The translations under genes were made by a program, and so were the position numbers. Under the pieces are notes generated by a model that saw nothing but the letters and a program-made list of their open reading frames with translations, had not been told where the DNA came from and searched no databases. 64,000 nt of DNA from Torpedo marmorata (Eukaryota), in the NCBI GenBank assembly GCA_977017645.1, contig OZ360221.1, forward strand, positions 83,080,001 to 83,144,000, in the 5' to 3' direction. Positions 25,001 through 37,400 of the stretch are shown here, piece after piece (the stretch's first letter is position 1; the number at the start of each line of letters is the position of its first letter).

Positions 25001-28000
25001 TGGTACGCAGAGGATACAATCTGTTTAACTCCAAGTCTATCAACCACTTGTTGGAATACGCTTGACATGAAATTACTACCCTGATCTGATTGAATTTCCC
25101 TTGGCAAACCTACCAAGATGAAAAACTTTATCACAGTCTTTACAATTTCCTTTGCTTTAATGTTTCTCAGAGGAATGGCCTCTGGAAATCTGGTGGCTGC
25201 ACACATAATTGCTAACAAATACTCATTCCCCGCTTTGGTTTTAGGCAATGGGCCAACACAGTCCACAATCACTCTCGAGAAAGGCTCACTGAAAGCAGGG
25301 ATAGGTTGCAAGAGTGCCACTGGGGGACCCTGATTAGGTTTACCCACCACCCACCACCTGACAAGTGTGACAGGCCTGGCAAAAGCTTACAACCTCCCTT
25401 CTCAAACTGGGCCAATAAAATTGTTTCATTATCTTCCGTATAGTTTTCTTCACCCCAAGGTGACCACCTAAGCGTGTGCTATGAACTAAAGTTATTATTT
25501 CATCCCAAAATACTTTAGGGATCACAACCTGCTGCACTACTGCCCATTCTTCACTGGCAGGAACATCACATGGTCTCCACTTTCTCATCAACACCCCATC
25601 TTGTTCATAATAACCCACTGGCAACTTCTTAATCTCCTCTTCAGAGAGAACCTTATCCCTCACCTCAGCAAGATCAGGATCCTCCTTTTGCCTTGCTATT
25701 AGCTCCTGTCGGGATAGTGACAAATCTGTGCCTTTAGGTGTCTTATCAGTGTATGGGTGTAACACAGGAGATTGCTCAGCCTTTTCCAGGTATTTTTGAT
25801 TATCATCGACTTTTTCTTTCATCAATTTATTTTCCACTGCCTTCTCTACAGTGATATTTTTCTTAGACATGGCCCTGGTTATGGCACATGCCGAATAAAT
25901 ATCAGAGTCCTTCTCTGACTTATCAATGATTGGCTTAGTGGTCATTCGCACTGCAAGAACTACTTTACCCTCAGCCAAGTCATTGCCTAGCAACAGTGAG
26001 ATTCCTTCTACTGGCAACTCTGATCTCACTCCTATTATAACAGTTCCTTCCACCAAGGCTGATTCCAACACTATTTTGTGCAAAGGAATGGACTCAACAT
26101 CACCACCAATTCCTTTAATTAAATTCATTTCACAGGTGTCAGTGGCTTCACAAAATTCTAAGACACTAACACAAGTGACTGAGCAACTCCAGTATCTCGC
26201 AAAATTTTCTCTGGAACTTGCTTTGATCCTGCCTTAATTGAAACAAAACCAGCAGTCACAAAAGGTTGAATACATCCCTAACCTTGTCAGTAAATTTGTC
26301 TCCTTCCTGAGTTTTATGCCTCTTCTCACTCTGAATACAAGCATTAGGTGTTGCATCCTTTTCTCTCTTCTTTTTCAACACTGGACAGCTTGCTAGCATA
26401 TGCCCAGCCTTCCTACAGTAGTGGCAAATGGGACCCGAAGGGTTTTCCTTTTTCCACTTTCCTTCATCTCTTTCCTTAACAACACTTCCAAATTTACTTT
26501 TCACTTGATTGGGATTATCCACAGTGCCCTTTTGCAAAATTCTGCCTGCCGTCCACTTAGGCTTGTGGGTTAAAGCATATTCATCTGCTAACTTAGCTGA
26601 ATTTTGCCATGTTTTCACCTCCTTTTCATCTGTATGCCTTAATATCCTCAGGAACACACCTTTTATATCTCCTCAATTAGTATCAATTCTCTCAATTGAT
26701 TGTAATCATTGTTTACCACCTTAGATGTGCACCACCGGTCAAAACACACAACCTTTTCATAGGCAAACTCTGTGTAAGATTGGGTTGCTGATCTTTTTAA
26801 ATTTCTAAACTTCTGTCTATAAGCCTCTGGAACTAACTCATAAGCCTGGAGTATAGCCTTTTTCACCGTTTCATAATCAGTAGCTTGCTCCGTGGTAAGA
26901 GTAGAATAAGCTTGCTGAGCTTTTCCTTTAATGACACTTTGTAACATAAGAGACCATTGGTCTTGTGGCCATTTTAATTTCACAGTCCCTTCTCAAAATT
27001 CTGGAAGTACTTCTCTATTTCCGCCTCCTCAAATGGAGGAACCAACCTAACCTCTACTGGCCAAAAACCTTTCAACAGGACCACGAATTTTATCTTGGTG
27101 CTCTTTTTGTCTCCTTTCATTTTCCAACTTAATCTTTTCCAGCTCATATTGCCTAATTTTCTCTTCTCTCTCTGTCTAATCTCTTTTGTTCTCTGTCTAC
27201 CTCCAAGTCTAATCTCTTTTGTTCCCTGGCTGCCTCCAAGTGTAATTTCTTTTGTTCCAATTCCTTGTCTAATTTCTTTTGTTCCAATTCCAATTCCAAT
27301 TTCTTTAGTTCCAACTGTATGTTTTCAGAAGGTTTACCCTTGGGAAACTGCTCTAACATGCTCTCCTCAAACTTTTTCCCTTTTATATAGTATTTGTCAA
27401 TTTTTCTCACAACCTCCATCTTTTTCATAGATGGTTTTACAGAAGCAATGCCCAGCTCTGTTGCAATAGACACTAACTGTTCCTTTTTAGCCTTTTTTTA
27501 AGTATCAGGTTCAGGTGATTCCAAAAAAAATTCTACATCCATTGTTGATAGTTTTTGTTACACACTCACTAGCTTTTAATTAGCTTTACAAAAGGAATGT
27601 TTTAAACCAGGCTGGGATTCCTTCAATTACCAAGATGGAGCTTGATTCAACTCCGGACGAGCCCCCAATTTGTTACAAATTCAAACCAGCAACGACAGAA
27701 GACGCAATGCAAAAGGGGTAAAATCAAAATTTATATTTATTAAAGACAATTAAACATATAATTTCTTATCAATCAGCCCCACTATAAACGTCTATAGACA
27801 CTATTCTTATCTAGAAAGCAGCCTCTATCATTAAGGACTCTCACCACTCAGGTAATGCCCTTTTCTCACTGCTACCATCAGGAAGGAGGTACAGGAGCCT
27901 GAAGACGCACATTCAATGTTACAAAAACAGCTTCTTCCCCTCCACTATCAGATTTCTGAATGGACAATGAACCATAGACACCACCTCACTTTTTTTCTCT

Positions 28001-28150
28001 TTTTTTGCACTAATTACTTATTTTTAAATATTGTATTTATGGAACTGTAATTTATAGCAATTTTTCAGATGTACTGCACAATACTGCTGCTGAAAAACAA
28101 CAAGTTCTGTGACACATGTTCATGACAATAAACCTGATTCTGGTTCTGAT
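21206..28150 (+). mobile_element. 5'-truncated Rex1/Babar LINE (21206-21898 and 27815-28150) split by the Gmr1-like element
   Basis: LSPLLYSLYTHD...KFADDTT. The halves rejoin as gaggcgatgtctctag|aaagcagcc. The tail is cctgattctggttctga. Confidence 0.85.
21899..27810 (-). mobile_element. Gmr1-like Gypsy LTR retrotransposon (gag-PR-INT-RT-RH), degenerate; 3' LTR 21899-22778, truncated 5' LTR 27671-27810
   Basis: Minus-strand order: SCAN-like Gag (WSLMLQSVIKGKAQQAY...ELVPEAYRQKFR), CCHC (CHYCRKAGHMLASC), protease RDTG, integrase (H..GGH, C..C, VDCVGPLP, SDQGSNF, LERFH), RT (YIDD), RNase H (VDAS, YTDHNPL). PBS TGGGGGCTCGTCCGG (tRNA-Pro), PPT gtgggtgggagg, TSD ctag. Confidence 0.93.
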
Positions 28151-28597
28151 AAATTGGAGAAAGGCCAATTTTGATGGAATCAGTAACGATCTGGCAAGTG
28201 TGGATTGGGACAGGTTGATTTCTGGTAAATGTGTGCTTGATTCCTGAGTAGCCTTCAAAAGTGAAATTTTGAGAGTGCAGTATTTGTATGTTCCTGTCAG
28301 AATTAAAGGCAAGATTAACAGGTATCCGGAACATTGGTTTTCCAAAGGTATTGAGGAACTGGTTAAGAAGAAGAAGGGGTGTATAACAGATTCAAATGAG
28401 GTACTTGATGAGTATAAGAAATACAAAAAAAAATTTAAGAAGGAAATCAGGAGGGCTAAAAGAAGACATGAGGTGGCTCTGGCAGACAATATGAACGAAA
28501 ATACAAAGGACTTCTACAGATATATTCAGAGCAAAAGGATAGCAAGGGACAACAGACACAGATACAGGCAGCAAGGAACAAATGAGGTACTTGAGGA

Positions 28598-28676
28598 GTT
28601 CAAGTTCAAGTTTATTTCTCATCCGATTGTACCAGTACAATCCGATGAAATAGTGTTCTATGGCCCACAGTGTAAA

Positions 28677-28731
<55 letters not shown>

Positions 28732-29420
28732 AAAATCCGGCATTGTCTGTAAGGAATTTGTATGTTCTCTCCATGTCTGTGTGGGTTTCCTCCGGGTGCT
28801 CTGGTTTCCTCCCACCTTTCAAAACGTATGGGGGTTGTAGGTGAATTGAGATATTTGGGCGGCATGGGCTCCTGGGCCGGAAGGGCCTGTTACTGTGCTA
28901 TATGTCTAAATTAAAAAATTTTAAAAATCAAATTTAAATTTAAGATGTGGTTGGGGTCATCACTAATTTTACGAGCCCTCTTACAACAACGATGCCGTTA
29001 AATCACATTGAAGGCGGGCGGGGGGGGGGGGTGGGTGTTGTGAGGGAGATCCCAGTGATCCTGTCTGCTGCTTTTATGGTCCTGAGGATTGACCTCCAAT
29101 CCAATGCTCTATAGCTATAGAGCATCTTGTAGAAAGTTGATAGAATGATGGCTGGTAGCTTTGCCCGCCTCAGCCTACTCAGGAAGTGCAGATGCTGTTG
29201 CGCCCTTCTGATAAGTGAGGAGATGTTGTGTGTCCAGGATAGGTCAATTCTTAAGCAGTCTCTGAGTAGTGTGAACAGGAGTGGGCTGAGCACTTAGCCC
29301 TGAGCTGTGCCAGTGCTCAGTGTGATGGTGTTGACGTTCTGCTGCCAACCTACACTGTGATCTTTCCGTTAGGAAGTCCAGAATCCAGTTACAGAGAGGG
29401 GTCTTGAATCCCAGTGAAGA
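28598..29420 (-). mobile_element. Old Rex1-like 3' fragment carrying a (CA)n tract (28680-28729) and a partial + strand V-SINE (28732-28945)
   Basis: ORF 29003-29293 (-) LSPLLF...LSWTHNISSLIRRAQQHLHFL. Tail (ttgaac)n. V core at 28760-28820. Confidence 0.7.
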
Positions 29421-30325
29421 AGGCATGAGGTGAAGGAAAATGCCAAAGACATCCATCATTATATTAAGTGCAAAAGGATAGCAAGGAACAAAATTGGTCC
29501 TCTTGAATATCAGAATGATCATCTATGGATGGAACCAAAAGAGAGGGGGAGATTTTAAATGGATTTGCTTGCAACTGTGTTTACTTGACACAGAGTCTAT
29601 AGAAGTGAGACAAAAGAGGAGTGAAGTCATAGAGCTGGTACAGATTACAGGGGAGGAGGTGATGGCTGTCTGGAGGCAAATAAGGGAGGATAAATATCCA
29701 GGGCCTGACAAGATATTCCCTCGAACCTTGAAGAAGGCTAGTACAGAAATTGTAGGGATCCTAGCTGAGTATTTAAAACATCCTTTGACATGGGTGAGGT
29801 GCTGGAGGATTGGAGGATTGCTAATGTGTTCCGTTGTTTAAGAAAGGCTCTAAGAATATTCTGGGAAATTATAGGGCGGAGACCCTGACATCAGCAGTGG
29901 GTAACTTGTTAGAAAGCATCCTAAAAAACTGGATCTATAAGTAGTTGGATGGACAGGGACTGATCAGGGGGTTTTTGCATGGTATGTCAAGTCTAACCAA
30001 TCTTATAGAGTTTTTTTTTTTCGAGGAGGTTAACAGAAAAGTTAATGAAAGAAAGGCAGTGGGTGTTTTGGGTGTCATGGGTTTTGTGGGCCGGAGGGGC
30101 ATTCACTTATGCTGTATTGTTAAAAAAATTAAATTATATTTCCTATATTTACATCACTTTATATAAACATGGAGACTGTAAAGACACTCTGGGAATAAAG
30201 TCTTCTGGCCATTGTGGCTTCTATGTGACTCCAGACCTTTCCACTTGTTGTGACAAAGCTCTTTAACCTTCACTACAGCTCAAAGGAGTGCATTATTCAA
30301 GAGGACAAGAGATAGAATCAGCTGA

Positions 30326-31620
30326 CAGAATCAGAATTTATTGTCATGAACAAGTCATGAAATTCGGTGTTTTGCGGCAGCATCATAGTGCAATTAACAT
30401 TCATATTAACCATCTAACGACATTACTATACAAAATTATAAACAAAAGTGCACGAAAAGTAAGGTAGTGTCTTTGGTTCATTGATTATTCAGGAATCTGA
30501 TGGCAGCGGGGAAGAAGCTGTCCTTGTGCCGTTGAGTGCTCGTCTTTAGGCTCCTGTACCTTTTCCCCGATGGAAGCAGAGTGAAGAGGGCATGTCCTGG
30601 GTGGTGGGGGTCCTTGAGGATAGAGGCTGCTTTTTTAAGACACCGCCTCATGTAGATGTCCTCGATGGAGTGAAGTTTGGTGCCTGTGATGTCACAGGCC
30701 GAGTTAACAACCTTCTGGAGTTTAGTCTTGTCCTGGGAGTTGGCGCCGCCATACCAGGCAGTGATGCAACCAGCCAGAATGCTCTCCACGGTACACCTGT
30801 AGAAGTTTACGAGAGTCTTTGGTGACATACCGAATCTCCGCAAACACCTCACAAAGTATAGCCGCTGACGAGCCTTCTTTGTGATTGCATCCACGTGGAT
30901 GCTCCAGGACAGATCCTCGGAGATGTTGACACCTAGGAATTTGAAGTTCTTGACCCTCTCCACTACTGAGCCACCGATGAGGACTGGGTCATATTCCCCT
31001 GACTTCCTCCGGAAGTCCACAATCATCTCCTTGGTTTTGCTGACGTTGAGCTCAAGGTTGTTGTCATTACACCATTCAACGAGCTGATCTATCTCCCTCC
31101 TGTATGCTTCCTCGTTGCCGTTTGTGATTCTGCCGACAACTGTGGTGTCATCAGCAAACTTGTATATGGCATTGGAATTGTGCCTGGCCACACAGTCATG
31201 AGTGTATAACGAGTAGAGCAGTGGACTAAGCACGCATCCTTGGGGTGCGCCTGTGTTGATAATCAGTGAGGAGGAGACGTTGTTTCTAATTCGTACTGAC
31301 TGTGGTCTTCCAATGAGAAAGTCAAGGATCTAGTTGCAGAGGGGGGTACAGAGGCCTAGAGTTTGTAGTTTCTTGACCAGCACTGAGGGAATAATGGTAT
31401 TGAAGGCCGAGCTGTAGTCGATGAAGAGCAGCCGTATGTATGAATTGCTGTTTTTGAGGTGATCGAGAGCTGAGTGGAGAGCCAGCGATATTGCATCTGC
31501 TGTGGAGCGATTGTGGCGATAGGCGAATTGCAGTGGGTCCAGATCTTTGCTTAGGTATGTGTTAATTCTGGCCATGACCAGCCTCTCAAAGCATTTAATC
31601 ACAGTAGAAGTTAGTGCTAC
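30326..31620 (-). mobile_element. Young 5'-truncated Rex1/Babar LINE, near-identical by eye to the 2203-6058 copy
   Basis: ORF 30478-31233 holds the RT C-terminus (KFADDTT...FFPAAIRFLNNQ) without the LTR insertion. Tail (ttctga)n. Confidence 0.93.
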
Positions 31621-32034
31621 TGTAAAGGAAAGGATCTTACTCTGCAAGGAAATTTGAGTGGTGGCCTTTAGAGAACTCTCACTTTCCATGAGTGTATGAC
31701 AAAAAGGTCCAATTTACAAAACAGAAGCTCAGTTTCCCAAGTATTTGAATCAGCAGGGTCACAACGCAAAACTTCAACCATCCCTTTCCTTTACAGATGC
31801 TGCTTGATCTGCTGTGTTTCTCCAGCAGTTTCTTTTTTGCTTCATGTTCCAGCATCTGCATTCACTGTGTCTCCAAATTAACTTATACCTCTCTTTCCCT
31901 GTTGTGACAAAGGGTCAGAGACCTGACAAAGGGTCAGCTGCCTGATCTGCTCTTTTTCCAGCATTTAATGGATTTATTTCCAATTTCCAGCATTTGCAGA
32001 ATTTTGATGTTCATACACTCGAACAAATTATATA

Positions 32035-32545
32035 TAGAACATAGAACATTACAGCACAGCAGAGGCCCTTTAGCTGACAATGTTGTGCCAACCTATGGAA
32101 ACCTTCTCCACAGCAATCTAACCTTTCCCTACCACGCACCCGTAACCCTCTATTTTTCTTGCACCCATGTGCCTATCTGAGAATATTTCAAATGTCCCTA
32201 TTTTACCAGTCTCCACCACCATCCCTGGCAATGTATTCCAGGAACCCAGCACTCTCTGTGTAAAAAGACGGACCTCTGACATCTTCCAGAAACTTTAAAT
32301 TTAAATTTAGACATACAGCACGGTAACAGGCCCTTCCGGCCCACGAACCCATGCTGCCCATTTACACCCAATTAACCTACACCCCCGTACGTTTTTGAAG
32401 GGTGGGAGGAAACCGGAGCACTCGGAGGAAACCCACGCAGACATGGGGAGAACGTACAAACTCCTTACAGACAGCACTGGGTTAGAACCCGGTTGGCTGG
32501 CTCTGGAGCAGGGTTGCGCTAACTGCTACACCAACCGTGCCGCTC
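32035..32545 (-). mobile_element. CR1 3' fragment (32035-32295) plus V-SINE (32296-32545)
   Basis: The CR1 tail reverse complement is atagaacattacagcacag. The SINE reverse complement has the V core ggaggaaaccggagcac...cccacgcagacatggggagaacg. Confidence 0.8.
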
Positions 32546-32850
32546 CTCCACTCACCTTAAACAGACATCCTCTGGTAGTTGTTCTTGAACTCCAGAGAAC
32601 TTCGAAAGCATCAAGCACTATTTTTTCCCATGTTTTATTGGATCAAGCTCGTGGGAGACACCAAGTTAGGCAAGGAGATCCCTAAGCTTGTTCTTAATTT
32701 TGTCACCAAATTATGCATCAAATGTAAATAATGATGGCGTAGGGAGAAGACGCAGAAAAACACCTCCCCTAGCAGATTAAGCCAAGAAGCCCTTTTAATC
32801 AACTCTAAAAGTTTTTAGAATACTTTAAAAAGTATTAATAACTAAATACA

Positions 32851-34212
32851 ATGGCTACTAGGAAAAAAACAAAAGAACAAAAGCTTAAGAAACCTGGAAA
32901 ACAGCTATCTTCAATACAAGAAAAGAGGCCTACCTTCACTGAAGATCCGGGGACTGGCCTGATGATGGAGCCCAGGGCTCAACGGAGACCGCGCGTAAGT
33001 GCGTCGGTGGTGCCGACGCTACCTCCGCAGGGAGCTGCGGAAGATGGCGCCGGCACCCGACAACGAACTACAAGAGGAAGTCGGGAGCCAATGCGCACGC
33101 GCGAACCGTCGGGAGATGAAGAGCTGCCGAGGCAAGCAGCGATGACGTCAGTAAGAGCTCCCCAGACCATACTACAGGCTGGGGAGCCAGAAAAATTGTC
33201 AGGATCAGAAGAGGAGGAAGATCTACAGCAACTGGAGGAAGATAGTGAAGAATCTGACATACAGTCAGAAGAAATAGAGGATTTAAGGAAAGAAATAGGG
33301 TCAGTAAAGACAACTATTTTAAAAGCCATTGAAAATTTAGAGAAAAGCATGCTAAAAGAATCTAAAGCAATTGTTAATCAGCTTGAAAAAAGAATGCAGG
33401 AGGAATTTAAAGTGATAAGACAGGATATATTACAAATGGATATTAGAGTCCAAAAAATAGAAGATGAAGTTAAAAATAATTCTGATGAAATTGAAGATTG
33501 TAAAGAAAGAGTGGGAAAAATGGACGATACTTTTACTGGATGGGAGAAACAATATGATCACTTAATACAAAAGATGGATCAGATAGAAAATCAGAGTCGG
33601 AGAAATAATGTTAAAATATTGGGACTGCCGGAAGGAACTGAATCGCAAGATGTAACTCAATTTTTTCAGAATTGGTTGTCACAGATATTTAATCTTGACC
33701 ACCCAATGGAATTAGAAAGAGCACACAGGATTGGAAGAAGAAATCAGGGCGATCGGAGACCGCGTCCAGTTTTGATGAAGTGTCTTAGATATCAAGATAG
33801 GGAAAAAATTTTAAAAATGGCAATTCAAAAAGCACGAGAAAGTAGGGGGCCGTTGATGATAGAAGGAAATAGAGTTCTTTTCTATCCTGATTTAAGTCCA
33901 ATGGTGGTCAAGCAACGGAAAGAATTCAACCCTGCAAAGGCTATATTGTGGGAAAAAGGATACAAATTTTCGTTTAGGTATCCAGCGGTTCTGAGGATCC
34001 AAGATAATGGTGATACGTTTTTGTTATTCAAGGATCCTGATCAGGCTCTTTCTCATGCTAATGGTCTTCAACGTCGGGCAAGAAGTTTTTTGGATTCGGT
34101 TGAACAACAAGATCGGAATAATCAAGCAAGTCGCGGAGATATGGTACCCGGTCCGTCAAGAGAAAATATCCGAATTCAAGCTGGAGAAGAATTGGAGGAT
34201 TCAACTGTGTGA
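32851..34212 (+). CDS. L1 ORF1p (453 aa; disordered N-terminus, coiled coil, RRM, CTD)
   Basis: IENQSRRNNVKILGLPEG, LERAHRIG, RPRPVLMK, FYPDLS, RKEF, FRYPAVLRI. Confidence 0.93.
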   Translation: MATRKKTKEQKLKKPGKQLSSIQEKRPTFTEDPGTGLMMEPRAQRRPRVSASVVPTLPPQGAAEDGAGTRQRTTRGSREPMRTREPSGDEELPRQAAMTSVRAPQTILQAGEPEKLSGSEEEEDLQQLEEDSEESDIQSEEIEDLRKEIGSVKTTILKAIENLEKSMLKESKAIVNQLEKRMQEEFKVIRQDILQMDIRVQKIEDEVKNNSDEIEDCKERVGKMDDTFTGWEKQYDHLIQKMDQIENQSRRNNVKILGLPEGTESQDVTQFFQNWLSQIFNLDHPMELERAHRIGRRNQGDRRPRPVLMKCLRYQDREKILKMAIQKARESRGPLMIEGNRVLFYPDLSPMVVKQRKEFNPAKAILWEKGYKFSFRYPAVLRIQDNGDTFLLFKDPDQALSHANGLQRRARSFLDSVEQQDRNNQASRGDMVPGPSRENIRIQAGEELEDSTV

Positions 34213-34493
34213 AGAGTTGACTGAAGTATATGTTGGACAAATATATATCTGTTGGGGGGAGGTGGTTTGTGGAAACTTCTTCCGAAGCAATCACCACCTT
34301 AGCAGCGAGAGCTGCTTCTCGAGCAACAGAGGGGGGTAGCACTGGGAGTAGAAGACCAGTGTTTTTTTTATAGGGGGGTTTTCTTTTCTTTTACTTCTAT
34401 CTTTCATTCTAGTTGAGGAGGAAATGTATTTACGACAGAGTAAGAGGGAAACGCGGGTGGATTTGATTAACAGGGAACAGTTACTATTTGATT

Positions 34494-37400
34494 ATGGGAG
34501 ATTCTAAGAGTATAAACTTAGTAAGTATTAATATAAATGGGCTTAATAACCCAATTAAGAGAAAACGGACTTTGGCATATATTAAAAAGTTGAAAGTAGA
34601 CATAGCTTTTTTGCAGGAAACTCATCTGACGGATATTGAACATCAAAAATTGAAAAGAGACTGGGTAGGACATGTTATAGCGTCGTCATTTAATTCTAAA
34701 GCTAGAGGAGTAGCTATTTTAGTAAATAAAAAGTTACCTTTTAAGATACAATCGACAGTGATTGATACGGCAGGAAGATATGTTTTGGTATATTGTCAAA
34801 TTTATTCAGAATTTTGGACTCTTATGAATTTATATGTGTCAAATCCTGATGATGAACAATTTATTCAAGATGCTTTTTTACATTTATCAGATGCTAAAGA
34901 GAATATTTTAATTGGTGGAGATTTCAATTGTTGTTTAAATCCAATTATGGATAAAACTTCGAAAACATCTGTTAGACCAAAAATAGTTAAAAAAATAATT
35001 AATTTGATGGAGGATTTGAATTTGGTGGATATTTGGAGAAAGTTGAAACCTAGAGAGAAAGATTATTCATTTTATTCATTTAGACATCATTCTTTTTCTA
35101 GGATAGACTTGTTCTTATTATCTTCACAAGTTCAGGATAGAATAACACAGATATCTTATAAAGCAAGAATAATTTCAGATCATTCATCTTTATTAATGAC
35201 ATGTATAATTCCAGAGAAGGAAAAAACTGTATATAATTGGAGATTTGACTCTTTTTTATTGAAAAGAAAGGATTTTTGTGAATATATGAGACGAGAAATA
35301 CAGGAATTTTTAAGAATAAATAATAATTCGGTTAATGATAAATTTATGGTATGGGAAGCTTTGAAAGCTTATTTAAGAGGTTTAATAATAAGTTATTCAG
35401 TAAAGATAAAAAAAGACTATTTGAAAGAAGAGGAAAAATTAGAGAAGGAAATTGAATTTATGGAAAAGGATTTACAGAGAAATAAGTCTATTCTTAAGAG
35501 GAATCGTTTAGTAAGGAGGAAATTACATTATAATTTATTACAAACACGTAAGACTGAAAAGTTGATAACGAGAACAAAACAAAGATATTATGAATTAGGG
35601 GAAAAGGCACATAAAGTTTTATCATGGCAATTGAAAAAAGAACAAGTTTCTAAAACTATTAATGCTATAAGGAAGAGAAATACTGGAGAAATAACTTATA
35701 AGCCACAAGAAATAAATGACTCTTTTAAAGAATATTATCAGAACTTATATAGATCTGAGGTTGATCATGATGATATGAAGATTAATAGATTTTTATCTAG
35801 AATTACTTTACCTAAACTGAATGTTCAAAGTAAATATTCTTTAGATTTACCCTTTACGATGAGAGAAGTTACGGATGCAATATCGACGTTGAAAAGTAAC
35901 AAATCTCCGGGGGATGATGGGTTTCCAGTAGAATTTTATAAAGAATTTAAAGATTTATTGATACCTTTATATATGGAGGTATTGAATCAAGTTACTGAAA
36001 CTCATTTATTACCAAAGACATTTTTAAATGCTATAATTACGGTTATACCAAAGAAGGATAGAGATGTGTTGAAAACTGAGTCGTATAGGCCTATTTCATT
36101 ATTAAATGTTGATTATAAAATAATGGCAAAAATTTTAGCGAATAGATTAGCTAAGTATCTACCAAATTTAATTCATTCAGATCAAGCTGGATTTATTAAA
36201 AACAGATATTCGAAAGATAATATAGCTAGATTGATAAGTTTGATTAATATAAATAAGAAGAAACAAGATTTACCATTGGTGGTAACATTAGATGCAGAAA
36301 AGGCATTTGATAGAGTAGAGTGGAATTTTTTATTTAAAGTTTTGGAAAAATTTGGATTTGGAGATAATTTTATAAATTGGATTAAAACTATATATAAGGA
36401 ACCTACGGCTAAAGTAGTTACAAATGGACAAATATCACAAAAATTTTTGTTATCAAGATCAACACGACAGGGATGTCCTTTGTCACCTGCTTTGTTTGTC
36501 TTGGTAATAGAACCTTTAGCAGAAATGATTAGAGAAGATATAAATATAATGGGAATAAAAGTAGGTAGGGAAGAACATAAGATTAGTTTGTTTGCAGATG
36601 ATGTATTAATATATATGACGAAATCTGTTAAATCACTTCAACAATTGGCCAATATATTGACAGAATATGGTGAGATATCAGGATATAAAATTAATTCAGA
36701 TAAAAGTGAGATTTTAGCTCTATCTCAAGGGGATTATACTAGATGTAAAGAAGTTACAGATTTTAAATGGACTATAGAGAGTATTAAATATTTGGGTGTT
36801 AAAATTGATACAAAATTAGAGAATTTGTATAAATTAAATTATATTCCTTTATTTATGAAAATAAAAAAAGATTTAGAGCTTTGGAAAGATTTACCTATAA
36901 CTTTGATGGGAAGAGTAAATTGTATTAAAATGAATGTTTTTCCAAGAATTCAATATCTTTTTCAATCGATTCCTTATGGTATTCCAAATAAATTTTTTAA
37001 AGATTTAAAATTTATTATTAGGAAATTTTTATGGAAAGGAAAGTTGGCAAGAGTAAGTATAGATAAATTAACATGGAATTATGAGATGGGAGGGTTACAA
37101 CTTCCTAATTTTCAGTATTATTATAAAGTGGCCCAATTAAAATTTATTAATGAATTCTTTGATTTAAATAAATCTTCTGCTTGGATTAATATAGAATTGA
37201 ATAATATGGGAGAAATACATAAAGAAGATATTATTTATAAATGGAATTCTAAATTATTATTACTTAAAAAGAAAAATACACCAATTATTAAACATTTGTT
37301 GGAAATTTGGTCACAAGTAGACAAAGAGATAGGTCAAAAAGGGTTAATTTCTTTAAATACACCAATATATCAGAATCCGCTTTTACCATTTTCTATGGAT

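Larger units (their letters stand above)
20955..30060 (+). mobile_element. Fragmented CR1 LINE pieces (about 20955-21205, 28150-28600, 29420-30060) hosting nested Rex1, Gmr1 and SINE insertions
   Basis: An endonuclease-end sequence stops at gggttgagattt and resumes at aaattggagaaaggcc. ORFs 28269 and 29494 match CR1 ORF2 (YVPVRIKGK, PGPDKIFPRTL). Confidence 0.75.
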
